DNA of 64,000 nucleotides, taken from Rubripirellula sp. (lineage in GTDB: Bacteria > Planctomycetota > Planctomycetia > Pirellulales > Pirellulaceae). This document shows, piece by piece, positions 39,376 to 48,200 of this stretch (its first letter is position 1; each line of letters starts with the position of its first letter). The DNA is taken from NCBI GenBank assembly GCA_965216875.1, contig OZ244207.1:2336001-2400000 (forward strand), in the 5' to 3' direction. The notes below the pieces were generated by a model. It was not told where the DNA came from. It worked only from the letters and a program-made list of their open reading frames with translations, and did not search any database. A program made the position numbers and the translations under genes.

Positions 39376-40869
39376 CTATTGTTCGCCTTCGCCTTCGTCC
39401 ACCCCTAAACCAAGTTTGCCTTGATGTTCGCTCACGCCAAGCAACTCGGGGTCACTACTGTTGCCACCTACGATCTCGGGCAGTGGAAGAAACGAAAACC
39501 ACTGATGCGGCGCAACCGTATTCGGATTCACCGGCGCGGTAAACCCAGGCTGGAAGGTCGCCCCCATGGCAAGCGTCGAGCTCGACTCTAGCGTTCCATC
39601 CACTAGAAACAGCTCGTACTCGATGCCGTAGTGTGGATTGCCTGTCGAATCACAGACATGAACAAGCCCGCGAAACTTTTCCGCTGACTCTCCTGATGCA
39701 TCGGCGATGCTGTATTGAGCTGACCATCGCTGCCCCGACTGATCAATCTTCAATGGAACGGCGGAATCGTCATTGGCCACGGCCCCCGCAACATACTTGC
39801 GTAGGCAGCATGATGTCATATTGCCATCGCGAAAGAGGGTCGGCGTCGCATGCGGGGCCCTTTCGATTTCGAGATGAACTGCAATCGAACCGACAACTCG
39901 ATCGCCCCAGTTCAACTGATTGCCCTCGCCATCACGAAGCGACAGCGTCATGGTTGCTGTGCGATAGTAGCCGTTGTTGAACAGCTCAGGATTCCGTTCG
40001 TCATTACCTCGATAGTAGCTACCGCCGAGGCGGGGCGGATGCGGCGGAATGAGCGGCCGAACCCTTCGCCCGATCCCAGCAGCACGGTGTCCCTCGACAG
40101 TACCTCTTTGGGCGATCAGTTGACGTTCATATCGTTTCCGTTCGAATTCAACTCGCTCGATGTCTGCACGGTACAACATAAAACCTGCGACCAAGGCTAG
40201 CACGAGCATTGTGATTACGTATTGATTGAGCCCGAATGACGCGGCCAGGCGATCAAAAAGCGTCCTGGCCTCGCGCTGACCGTCCGCAAGTTTGCGTTTG
40301 CGTCGCTGCAACACCAAGATCAGCAACATTGCCGCCAACCCGGGAATTAGCAGACTCTTGGTCGCCAGCTGAATCTCGACGGCGCGTTCGAAAGCCTCAC
40401 TTTTCCATTGCTCGAAGGATTTGGGATTCTCGACGGGAGGCGTTTCGAGCAATTGGTCCGCTGGCCATGACGCACCCTCTTCGACCCAACGTTCAAGCAG
40501 CGCGATTTCTTCGGCCGTCAGCTTCGCCGCATCTTTCGGCATTCGATAGAGTTCGTCGTCCGATCGAATCCGGCTAAGCAGCTCACTCTCTTCCACACTT
40601 CCGAGAATCGGATTGCCGGAATGCCCGCCCAACTCCATGAGCGAGCGACGGTCCAGTCGAAGCCCGCCCCCAGCCTTGAATGCTCCGTGGCACCGCAGGC
40701 ATTTTTCCTGGATCAACGGCCAAATTTCGTCGGCAACGTTGATCGGTCTCTGCGACTCTGCAGCATGAGCAACGCTGCCGAGGATCAAGAGCAATGACGC
40801 AGCAAATCGGCACACGGACGGAAGCTCGATCAATCGAAAGATTGTGAATTCCATGACGGCAAGGAACAC
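39376..40869 (-). CDS. Planctomycete cytochrome c (PSCyt1) membrane protein with unknown C-terminal domain
   Basis: EIWPLIQEKCLRCHG..GGLRLD..MPK..WVEEGA; two TMs; YYRGNDER motif. Confidence 0.75.
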   Translation of the reverse strand: MFLAVMEFTIFRLIELPSVCRFAASLLLILGSVAHAAESQRPINVADEIWPLIQEKCLRCHGAFKAGGGLRLDRRSLMELGGHSGNPILGSVEESELLSRIRSDDELYRMPKDAAKLTAEEIALLERWVEEGASWPADQLLETPPVENPKSFEQWKSEAFERAVEIQLATKSLLIPGLAAMLLILVLQRRKRKLADGQREARTLFDRLAASFGLNQYVITMLVLALVAGFMLYRADIERVEFERKRYERQLIAQRGTVEGHRAAGIGRRVRPLIPPHPPRLGGSYYRGNDERNPELFNNGYYRTATMTLSLRDGEGNQLNWGDRVVGSIAVHLEIERAPHATPTLFRDGNMTSCCLRKYVAGAVANDDSAVPLKIDQSGQRWSAQYSIADASGESAEKFRGLVHVCDSTGNPHYGIEYELFLVDGTLESSSTLAMGATFQPGFTAPVNPNTVAPHQWFSFLPLPEIVGGNSSDPELLGVSEHQGKLGLGVDEGEGEQ

Positions 40870-40907
40870 GCTGGCCGCTTGGCCGCCATGGCATGCTGCC
40901 TAAGCAA

Positions 40908-41876
40908 CTACTTGAAGACGCGTGCGCTCGATTCGTCGGCCGATGGAAAATCCTCGGGAACATCGGTCAACGTGACCTTTCCGGTTGCCGCCCACTCCGT
41001 ACCTCGAAGCAGGACCGTGATGAATCCAACGCACTGCATGGAAACGTCATAGTGTCCCATGGGGGTATGAAAGACGCGTCCCTTTCCGTAGTCGATGGTC
41101 ATCAACATTGGCTCGTGTCGATCGGTACCCTTGTACTTAGGATCGGCGTACGCCGTGGCAAGAATGGTCATGTTGTTCGCTGGTCCACGGAGCTTTTGGT
41201 ACAGCTCGTCTTGCGTGTGTTTCCAAGCCCGTGGCAAGCCTTTGGTAATGGGATGATCAGGATTGCGAACGACGATTTGATATTCATGCTGTGGGCCATG
41301 CGATCCGCCACCACCCGCGGTTGTATCGCGAACGACATTGCCGCCATCGTCGACGTACACATAGGGACCTGATTTTTCATTGCGTCCATCCCAGCCGCCC
41401 AAGCCAATCATCTCATTGAACGCTTTCCATCCACCAAACGAGTTGTCTGCCGCGTGGACAATCACGAGCCCTCCGCCGTCATTAACAAACGACTCGAACG
41501 CTTTCTGCGTCTCTTCTGGCCAAGCGGCCGCCTTCCAACCAAAGTTGCTGATAACAACGTCATAGTCAGAAAAGGTTGGCTTGAATTCTGGGTCCGGCTT
41601 TGGTTGGGGCAGGTCTTCATAGGTCTTTCCGTCGCCAAGAGGGAATTCCTCGAGTAGTTTTCCGCCCTTCCACGTGTACTGGGTCCGAGCCACGTCGACG
41701 GCAAAGCGACCCGAGTCCTCCAGATACTTCTTCATCATCACCGTGGTCTTCGGCCAAGCGCCATGGTTATTCTGGCCGTCAATGATCAAGGCCTTCAACT
41801 TCTCGTCGGCGGTTGCGGAACTGGCAACGACAAACGCGACAAGACAAATCGCGAGAGCACGGATGATTGCGTTCAT
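40908..41876 (-). CDS. ThuA-like (trehalose utilisation; class I GATase-like fold) secreted protein
   Basis: Signal peptide; ALIIDGQNNH; GGGLVIVHAA; HPITKGL..DELY; YGKGRVFHTPMGH. Confidence 0.88.
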   Translation of the reverse strand: MNAIIRALAICLVAFVVASSATADEKLKALIIDGQNNHGAWPKTTVMMKKYLEDSGRFAVDVARTQYTWKGGKLLEEFPLGDGKTYEDLPQPKPDPEFKPTFSDYDVVISNFGWKAAAWPEETQKAFESFVNDGGGLVIVHAADNSFGGWKAFNEMIGLGGWDGRNEKSGPYVYVDDGGNVVRDTTAGGGGSHGPQHEYQIVVRNPDHPITKGLPRAWKHTQDELYQKLRGPANNMTILATAYADPKYKGTDRHEPMLMTIDYGKGRVFHTPMGHYDVSMQCVGFITVLLRGTEWAATGKVTLTDVPEDFPSADESSARVFK

Positions 41877-42066
41877 ATTCGAAAACTAGTTGGGAGGGTT
41901 GATTTGGTTGGGGCATTTGCCGAGCCCCCAAGCCGAAGAAGGCCGGGCGAGCTCGCGCTCTATCTTACCAGCTTTCCTCGGTTTTTCTGAGCCCCTGCCG
42001 CCTTTGCGACAAATCCCCGCATTGATGCCGACAAGAACCCATCGAACCTTACATCCCCCGAAAAAC

Positions 42067-43167
42067 TCACTCGTCCGATAGGAAGCGTGATGCCCGGCGA
42101 AGGCCAACAGCACGCGATGTCGACCACACGGTCGAAACGTCGCCGATGTGTTGAACGAGGCTCGGGATCGGATACCAAAACGAGATCCCACGACTCCATG
42201 CCCAAGCGCCGACACGCGTATCAATCCCCGCTTCTCCAGCGACAGTCTCAAGCTGACCGTCCCGGATCGAATCAAGCAATTCAACTGCGACGCGCCGCGG
42301 AAAGACCCAGGCCACTGCCCCGAGCGTCCACGGCTCTTCAATAAGATGCCACCCCGGCTCTCGGTCGCGTGAATAGTCCGATGATGTATAAAGCGAAACG
42401 ATACAGTTGTCGGATGCTGGCCAAAACGCCGCCTCCAAGTAGGCACGCATCTCCGGTGCGGGTGCGAAATATGCATCGTCTTGAACAAGCATTAATGCAT
42501 CGGCATCGCCTGCATCCTCGAACAACAGCTCGAATGCCCGGCACCACGCAGTCCACGCCCCCGATGGACCGTCAAGCTCGATCGCGTGAAGCGTCTGATG
42601 CTCGCTGCCCAGTTCAACAGGCCCGTCAAGAAACAGAGTGAATTCGTCGCTCGACCAACCACATTGAAGCAAGCTGTTCACCGAATCTGTAACGGTGGAA
42701 AGCCGTCGGTGACACGTTGTCATGCCAACTGCCCAGCGCACGGGTGAACCGCAACGTTTCGGGGGAATCGGAATCCGCTTGGCCAGTTCTTGTTGATCAA
42801 ACGAACCCTGCGAATCAGTTGCTCGATTGCCGGCACAATCATCTTCGCTTGGCAAAACGGTTGGAAGCTGAGACTGGGCGAACGCGAGAAGCTCTTCCTG
42901 ACGATCACGTCCAGCACCGCAACTAACCGGCATTTCGCTTTCGACGAATTGATAAAGTAGCGATGCCACAACCGGATTCAAATCGCGAGCGTTCGGGGCA
43001 AAGCTCTCACAACACGCTTCGCAAGCCCCTTCGGGGATGTCGCTCAATCGATTCGGATCGACCTTCGTGATCTCCGCCAACAACCCACAGCAACAACGCT
43101 CGCCATCGACCATTCGGTACGGGCAATCGCACGGACGGCGTCCGGTGAATCGATCTTCGGCAGTCAT
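42067..43167 (-). CDS. GT-A fold glycosyltransferase-like protein with N-terminal Cys-rich module
   Basis: WAVGMTTCHR..TDSVNSL; LMLVQDD; GAVAWVFPR; GID; PSLVQHIG (resembles GT54/MGAT4- and GT25-like C-terminal motifs). Confidence 0.72.
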   Translation of the reverse strand: MTAEDRFTGRRPCDCPYRMVDGERCCCGLLAEITKVDPNRLSDIPEGACEACCESFAPNARDLNPVVASLLYQFVESEMPVSCGAGRDRQEELLAFAQSQLPTVLPSEDDCAGNRATDSQGSFDQQELAKRIPIPPKRCGSPVRWAVGMTTCHRRLSTVTDSVNSLLQCGWSSDEFTLFLDGPVELGSEHQTLHAIELDGPSGAWTAWCRAFELLFEDAGDADALMLVQDDAYFAPAPEMRAYLEAAFWPASDNCIVSLYTSSDYSRDREPGWHLIEEPWTLGAVAWVFPRRVAVELLDSIRDGQLETVAGEAGIDTRVGAWAWSRGISFWYPIPSLVQHIGDVSTVWSTSRAVGLRRASRFLSDE

Positions 43168-44891
43168 GGGTGCACGCGTTGGGTCACCTCGGCGTGAACA
43201 CCCAACGCACCGAATGGCCGCGGGTCAAACTGCCCGAGCGCGAAAAGTTGCAGTCGCCTTCCAAACTCTTCGTGCGATTCTTGATTGGGTCCGCTACCCA
43301 AACCTGTGCTGCTGTGCTGCGTCGCGGATTGCCTGTGACAGCGGTAACGCAACAACACCGACTTACTGACAGCGATGTGACTGCGCGCGTAGTAAGCCCG
43401 TGACTGCAATTCGGTATCGACCCCCGTTCGATTCCGTTTGCGCTCGCCAAAGTCGGCATACCCTCCCATTCCTTCGAACCAACTGCGTTTCATCACTAAC
43501 GTCGGATTCTCCAAAAAGTAGCCGGCCCCGCGGCGACATGGGTAACGCGACTCTCGCAGGTACCGCTTTGTTCCTTCGGCAGCGACCACGCGATGAGCGA
43601 CCGCAGGGAACAACTCCGGCAATCCAAACAACTCGGTGGCTCCGCCAGCGACGTCCGCACCCGAATGTTGAAGCAGTGCAACCAAACGCGCGAGACGATG
43701 AGGCAAACTCACGTCATCCGCGTCTTGAACGGCAAGGAACTCGGTCTCGGCAGATCGAGAAACGTTGTTGAACGTCAGGAATGGCCCGATGTTGAGAGAG
43801 TTGCGGTAGAACCGAATGTTCGAATACTCACTCAGCCCCCTAAATAGCTCATCGGACGATTGGGTTGAGCAATCATCGACAAGGTGAATTACTACATCGA
43901 CCCCAGCTTGCTCCAACAAACTCGCCACAGAACTTTGTACGTATTCGAAATCATCCCTGAAGGGGACGATCACATCACAACTAGCTCTCTCGTTTGATTC
44001 GGGCCTAAAAAGCCGCGACAAATTGGTTCGACGACAGAAAGTTGCACGTCGATCTTGAACTCGATTGGCATCCTTGCCACTTCGTAACGGTCCATCTTCA
44101 TCGATGCGAACCAATCGATGCTGCGCCGTCGCCACCGCGGCGAAATCGTCGAGCCCCTCGATCGTTTCCTGATCGTCAAGTATCATGTCAACGAGTGTTG
44201 CCCGCCTAACGACCACCGATTCGATCGACACCGATTCGCAATTCGAATCTCGATGGGCAAGCATTTCACCGCCGCGTTCATCAAGCGCGCCGATCACTTG
44301 CCGCAACGTTTGATCATCGTAAACCGCTGTTGCATCCAAGAGGGCAACGAATGGTGTCGTCAACTGGTCCAGTATCGACTCACTTCGCGCCGCGGTCGTT
44401 CCTTCTTTAGCAACACAGTGCACTCGAACGTTTGGCGTGTCGGCGTAGCGATCGGCGATGCTCGATGAAACTTCGTCGACCAGCAAATGCACCACAACAT
44501 AGACGCGATGCTGATTCAAGACCGAATCAAGCATTTGATCGATTGGTTTGACACAGCCGTGCAAATCGAGAACCACGTCGCAACTGTAGGACGCGGGCGC
44601 AAAGTGCATCGACGACTCTGCTCGAATCGATTTCTGCGACCAGGCATTGAGTAGGCTGGCCGCCTCGTCTTCGCCTTCACAATTCTCCGTCGCCCGATAG
44701 ATCAAGGACGAGATCACGGGATTTGCATCCGGCGAAGCAAAGGGCGAATGCGTCGCACAGACTTCACACGCAGTGAGGTCGACCTGACAATCGCGGTCGT
44801 CGGCTCCAGTCAATCGCTGTACGAATCCGCAAACCGCTGCGCCGTCAGGTCCGGAAACGATGCGAAAGGGGCACTCAGTCGGATCAGCCAC
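43164..44891 (-). CDS. Glycosyltransferase family 2 with N-terminal Cys-rich module and a degenerate first GT2 domain
   Basis: C-terminal GT2: DVIVPF..SVASLLEQ..HLVDDCS..NIG..FLAVQDADD..RL..YRCH; upstream degenerate copy CDVVL..LDSVLNQ..FVALLDATA. Confidence 0.85.
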   Translation of the reverse strand: MADPTECPFRIVSGPDGAAVCGFVQRLTGADDRDCQVDLTACEVCATHSPFASPDANPVISSLIYRATENCEGEDEAASLLNAWSQKSIRAESSMHFAPASYSCDVVLDLHGCVKPIDQMLDSVLNQHRVYVVVHLLVDEVSSSIADRYADTPNVRVHCVAKEGTTAARSESILDQLTTPFVALLDATAVYDDQTLRQVIGALDERGGEMLAHRDSNCESVSIESVVVRRATLVDMILDDQETIEGLDDFAAVATAQHRLVRIDEDGPLRSGKDANRVQDRRATFCRRTNLSRLFRPESNERASCDVIVPFRDDFEYVQSSVASLLEQAGVDVVIHLVDDCSTQSSDELFRGLSEYSNIRFYRNSLNIGPFLTFNNVSRSAETEFLAVQDADDVSLPHRLARLVALLQHSGADVAGGATELFGLPELFPAVAHRVVAAEGTKRYLRESRYPCRRGAGYFLENPTLVMKRSWFEGMGGYADFGERKRNRTGVDTELQSRAYYARSHIAVSKSVLLRYRCHRQSATQHSSTGLGSGPNQESHEEFGRRLQLFALGQFDPRPFGALGVHAEVTQRVHP

Positions 44892-45113
44892 CTAGACCGA
44901 CGTGGCTGGCGCCAAACAAGGTGTCGTGCGCAACTGGCCTTTGAATCGCCCAGCAAGCAGAGGTGGTTCGCCGACGACGCCGCCGTCGACCGGTTGGTTC
45001 AACTTGACGTTCCACTGGGCTCCATCAAATTCCCAGAGCGTCGTTCCGTAAGCTGACGCTTGCCCGCCGCTCGAATGCGAGTGCAATTTAACGTCTGATT
45101 CTGTGTCCCACAT
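44892..45113 (-). CDS. Small hypothetical protein (~73 aa) heading the glycosyltransferase operon
   Basis: AGAGGG RBS before ATG 45113; its TAG directly abuts the GTG start of the GT2 gene. Confidence 0.62.
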   Translation of the reverse strand: MWDTESDVKLHSHSSGGQASAYGTTLWEFDGAQWNVKLNQPVDGGVVGEPPLLAGRFKGQLRTTPCLAPATSV

Positions 45114-45292
45114 TGACTGATCCCTCTGTCTTACCATGAACGCCATCCGCAATCAGTGCAGATGCTTGCGCCCCACGGTGAACATAGCCGCAAGACGAAG
45201 ACAAATCAAATGATTGTTCGTATCAGCCTGTTCGCTTTCTAAACACCTTACGTATCCTTCCATGTTGTTACGCAAGTTTACCTAGACTGTCG

Positions 45293-48200
45293 TTACTCCT
45301 GTACAGATGTCGGCGCCCTGACAACTCGAAAGCCGAACGAAAAAGCGCGCTTGCGCGTTGTCTCGGTTCCATCGGTAAGGAAATCAGGATCTGTATACGC
45401 GGTGTTGGCATACCCTCGGAACTGGCGCACATCACTGTTTTTGTTGACGCCGATGCCTGAGCACCACTCGCTTAAGTTGCCAACCATATCAAAGATGCCC
45501 AAGCGATTTGGCATAAACGTTTTAACCTTGTGAGGATTGTCTAAATCGTTCCCAACGAGCCATTTGTAATTACGTTGAAGGCTTGGATCGTGTCCGAAGG
45601 GGAAGGGAGTCGTCACCCCTGCAAAACATGCCGCCTCCCATTCTTCGGCCGTCGGTAAACGATACCCCTTTCGCGACAGGTAATCGGAACGAAGAAGGAT
45701 TTCGTCGTTCTCAAGTCCCTCGAGTGCTGGATAGCACATCTCCGCCTCACCCATCCCTTCCTGACGTGTGAGCCAACGCGTGTAGGAAACCGCATCAATC
45801 CAGTTCACCAATTGCATTGGATGCTCATTCGTGGGCGCCTGGTCGCGATGCACGTTCGGCTCTCGGCCAGGACGATGCTCAAGATACTGGCCCACCGTGA
45901 CTTCATTGATTGCGATTTCAAAATCGACCGTCTCATTGGAAACCCGCACCATCGTCTGGCCGCGAGGCGTCACTGTCCACTGATTCGACGGATCAGTTCG
46001 ACCGGCCAGTCCCAACGTTGCCTCATCGACCCACTGATCCATCCCAAGCTTTCGAAGCAGGTATTCCGATGCGCCATGAACGGCACAGTCGGGATGTTCA
46101 ACAAAGTGTCGCTGTGCTACGGCGGCAACGTTGTCTAGTTCATCCCCAGTACCGACAACGTTTTCAAATTGTGCGATCAACAGCATCAAACCGTAAATCT
46201 CGCCAGGGTCACTGGCGATTTGTAAACGCTGTACCAAAACGTTGGTCTCTAGCTCCAACTTGGGTGTTCGGTCCAGCAACCAGGCGCGTGTGTCGGGCAC
46301 ATCTTTATGCTGCAAACCCAACCACAACTCATCAAACTCGCCTCGGCTCGCCAACACGGCGATTGCGTTTGCCTTGCGGCTACTTTTTTCTGAAAGCTCT
46401 GTTTCATCCGCATCAGGTCCGATGTCTGGGAACGCAGCTTCCCTGAGTACCGGCGTGATTTCGTCCTCCATCGTTCCCAGCATCGCCAGAATCTCGCCAA
46501 CCCGCTCGCCGCGAACATCGAGCATCGTCAATGCGATCATGGCGGGTTCATCCGAATAGATGTCGCTCACCACGGCAACGGTCGCATCGCGCTGCTGGGG
46601 TGTAGCGTTCGTGCGAAATTCGGCTGCAAACGAATCGACAAGTGCCAACCGGATGGGCATCAGTCCATCGATGATCGCGTCGTAATTACCCGGTTTCGAA
46701 GAGACCTTTGCCAATGCCGTTTGAACGAGGAACGGTGCCAAGGCGTTCCAGCGCGATTCGGGACTCACATCGAGTTCTTCGCTGATCCTCGCGAGCACCA
46801 ATCCGCTACGCAATCGCAGATCATCATCTTCATCGTCGTCTTCCAGTGTTTTCAACAGACGCAAACGAAGCTGCTCGGTATCCCCTTTTCGCAGCTCTGC
46901 GGCGATCACCAACATCAAGTCGTAATCGACGGTGAACAATCGCTCGGTCAACTCATCAAAAACGCTTTGGTCCGTCGGGTCGATCGCAAGCAATGCCGTG
47001 TGCGCACGCAAGTGCTGCGGAGTCTCGACATCGTACTTTGTCAAACGGTGCCTGAGTTCCGACTGCATCCACGATCGATCGGCCTCGGCCTGCTTCAAGA
47101 GCCGCGGCAACTCGGAAGTATCCGCTGTCACCAGTTGGTCGGCCAAAGCGGTTGCCTTGATTTCGCGCGAATAGCGAAACGCACCGACGCCCAGTAGCAA
47201 CATGAATGCTACTGCCGCCACAGTGCCCAACAGATACCTTTTGTTGGCCGCGGAGAGCATCTCTTGGGCGGCTTGTCCACGCTGAGCCGGCATGGTCAAC
47301 AACGAAAAGTAGACCCACTCGATCCATGACGGCATGTGCCGCCGATCCGAACGTGAAAGGTAGACTTCCGTTCGATCGGCCAGTCGCAAGGCAGCACGCC
47401 CTCGCATCGTCAATTGTTGATGCGTTTCGATCCACTGGCGCACAGCTGGCACCAAAAAATCGTGGGTCAGCTGATAGCAAGATTCGCCCACAACCTTTTC
47501 AACCTCCCCCGCGCGACTTCGTCCCGCTGGCGTGATCAACCGCAGATCGCGATCCAAGATTTCGATCATCTCATTGAACCGTTTTGGGTGCTGCCCATAC
47601 CCACACAAAAGACGCAGCTCCGATTCAGGTCGCATCGCTCCTTTGATGTTGGTGCCTGTCGCTGGAAGCAACGCCGCAAGCAGTTTGCGAGTCGCCTCGA
47701 GGTGCTTTCGATTGCCTACCGGAGCGTCAGGAGAAGAGAAAGACTCATCAAGAAATCGTGCACCTACACCTTCGATCCCTCCCAACGCACTCAGCGAATC
47801 CGCATCCCATTGGCGAGTCTTCATCATCTCGGCAAAGGTGGCAAGGCGGACCGGCATCACGGTCGAATTCTCGCTCAAGCCTTCGATCGCACGTTCCACA
47901 AAGATCTCTTGTTGGTAGCTCCAGTCGCTCGATCGGTCAGGAAGTTTTCCAAAGGCTCGCCCAAATTCACCGAGCACTTTCTGGGCATGGGGGCCGTCGA
48001 AACGATCGATCAATGCCAGGTTTCGATTTCCAACAAGATCGACCTCAAGTTCGTCCATCAGCTGGCTAATCGAAAGCCAAAACTCGTCACGCACAAGAAA
48101 CAAAGACTGGAGATTCAAGCCATCGCACTGCCGAAATGCGATCGCGAGCTCGTCTACTCCGGAAGCCGCGCGGGCGTGCAGCCATTGCTCGAATTGATCA

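Noticed and set aside
39337..39376. Cobalamin riboswitch upstream of the DUF4430 gene
   Set aside because: Only ~38 bp of intergenic space and no B12-box.
44892..45113. Classical exported glycocin bacteriocin cluster
   Set aside because: No C39 peptidase-ABC exporter, thiol-disulfide oxidoreductase or immunity gene, and only one Cys in the peptide; kept only as a looser peptide-glycosylation hypothesis.
45293..45500. Diversity-generating retroelement variable region in the FGE/CLec C-terminus
   Set aside because: No template repeat or reverse transcriptase was seen in the window; a remote DGR cannot be excluded.
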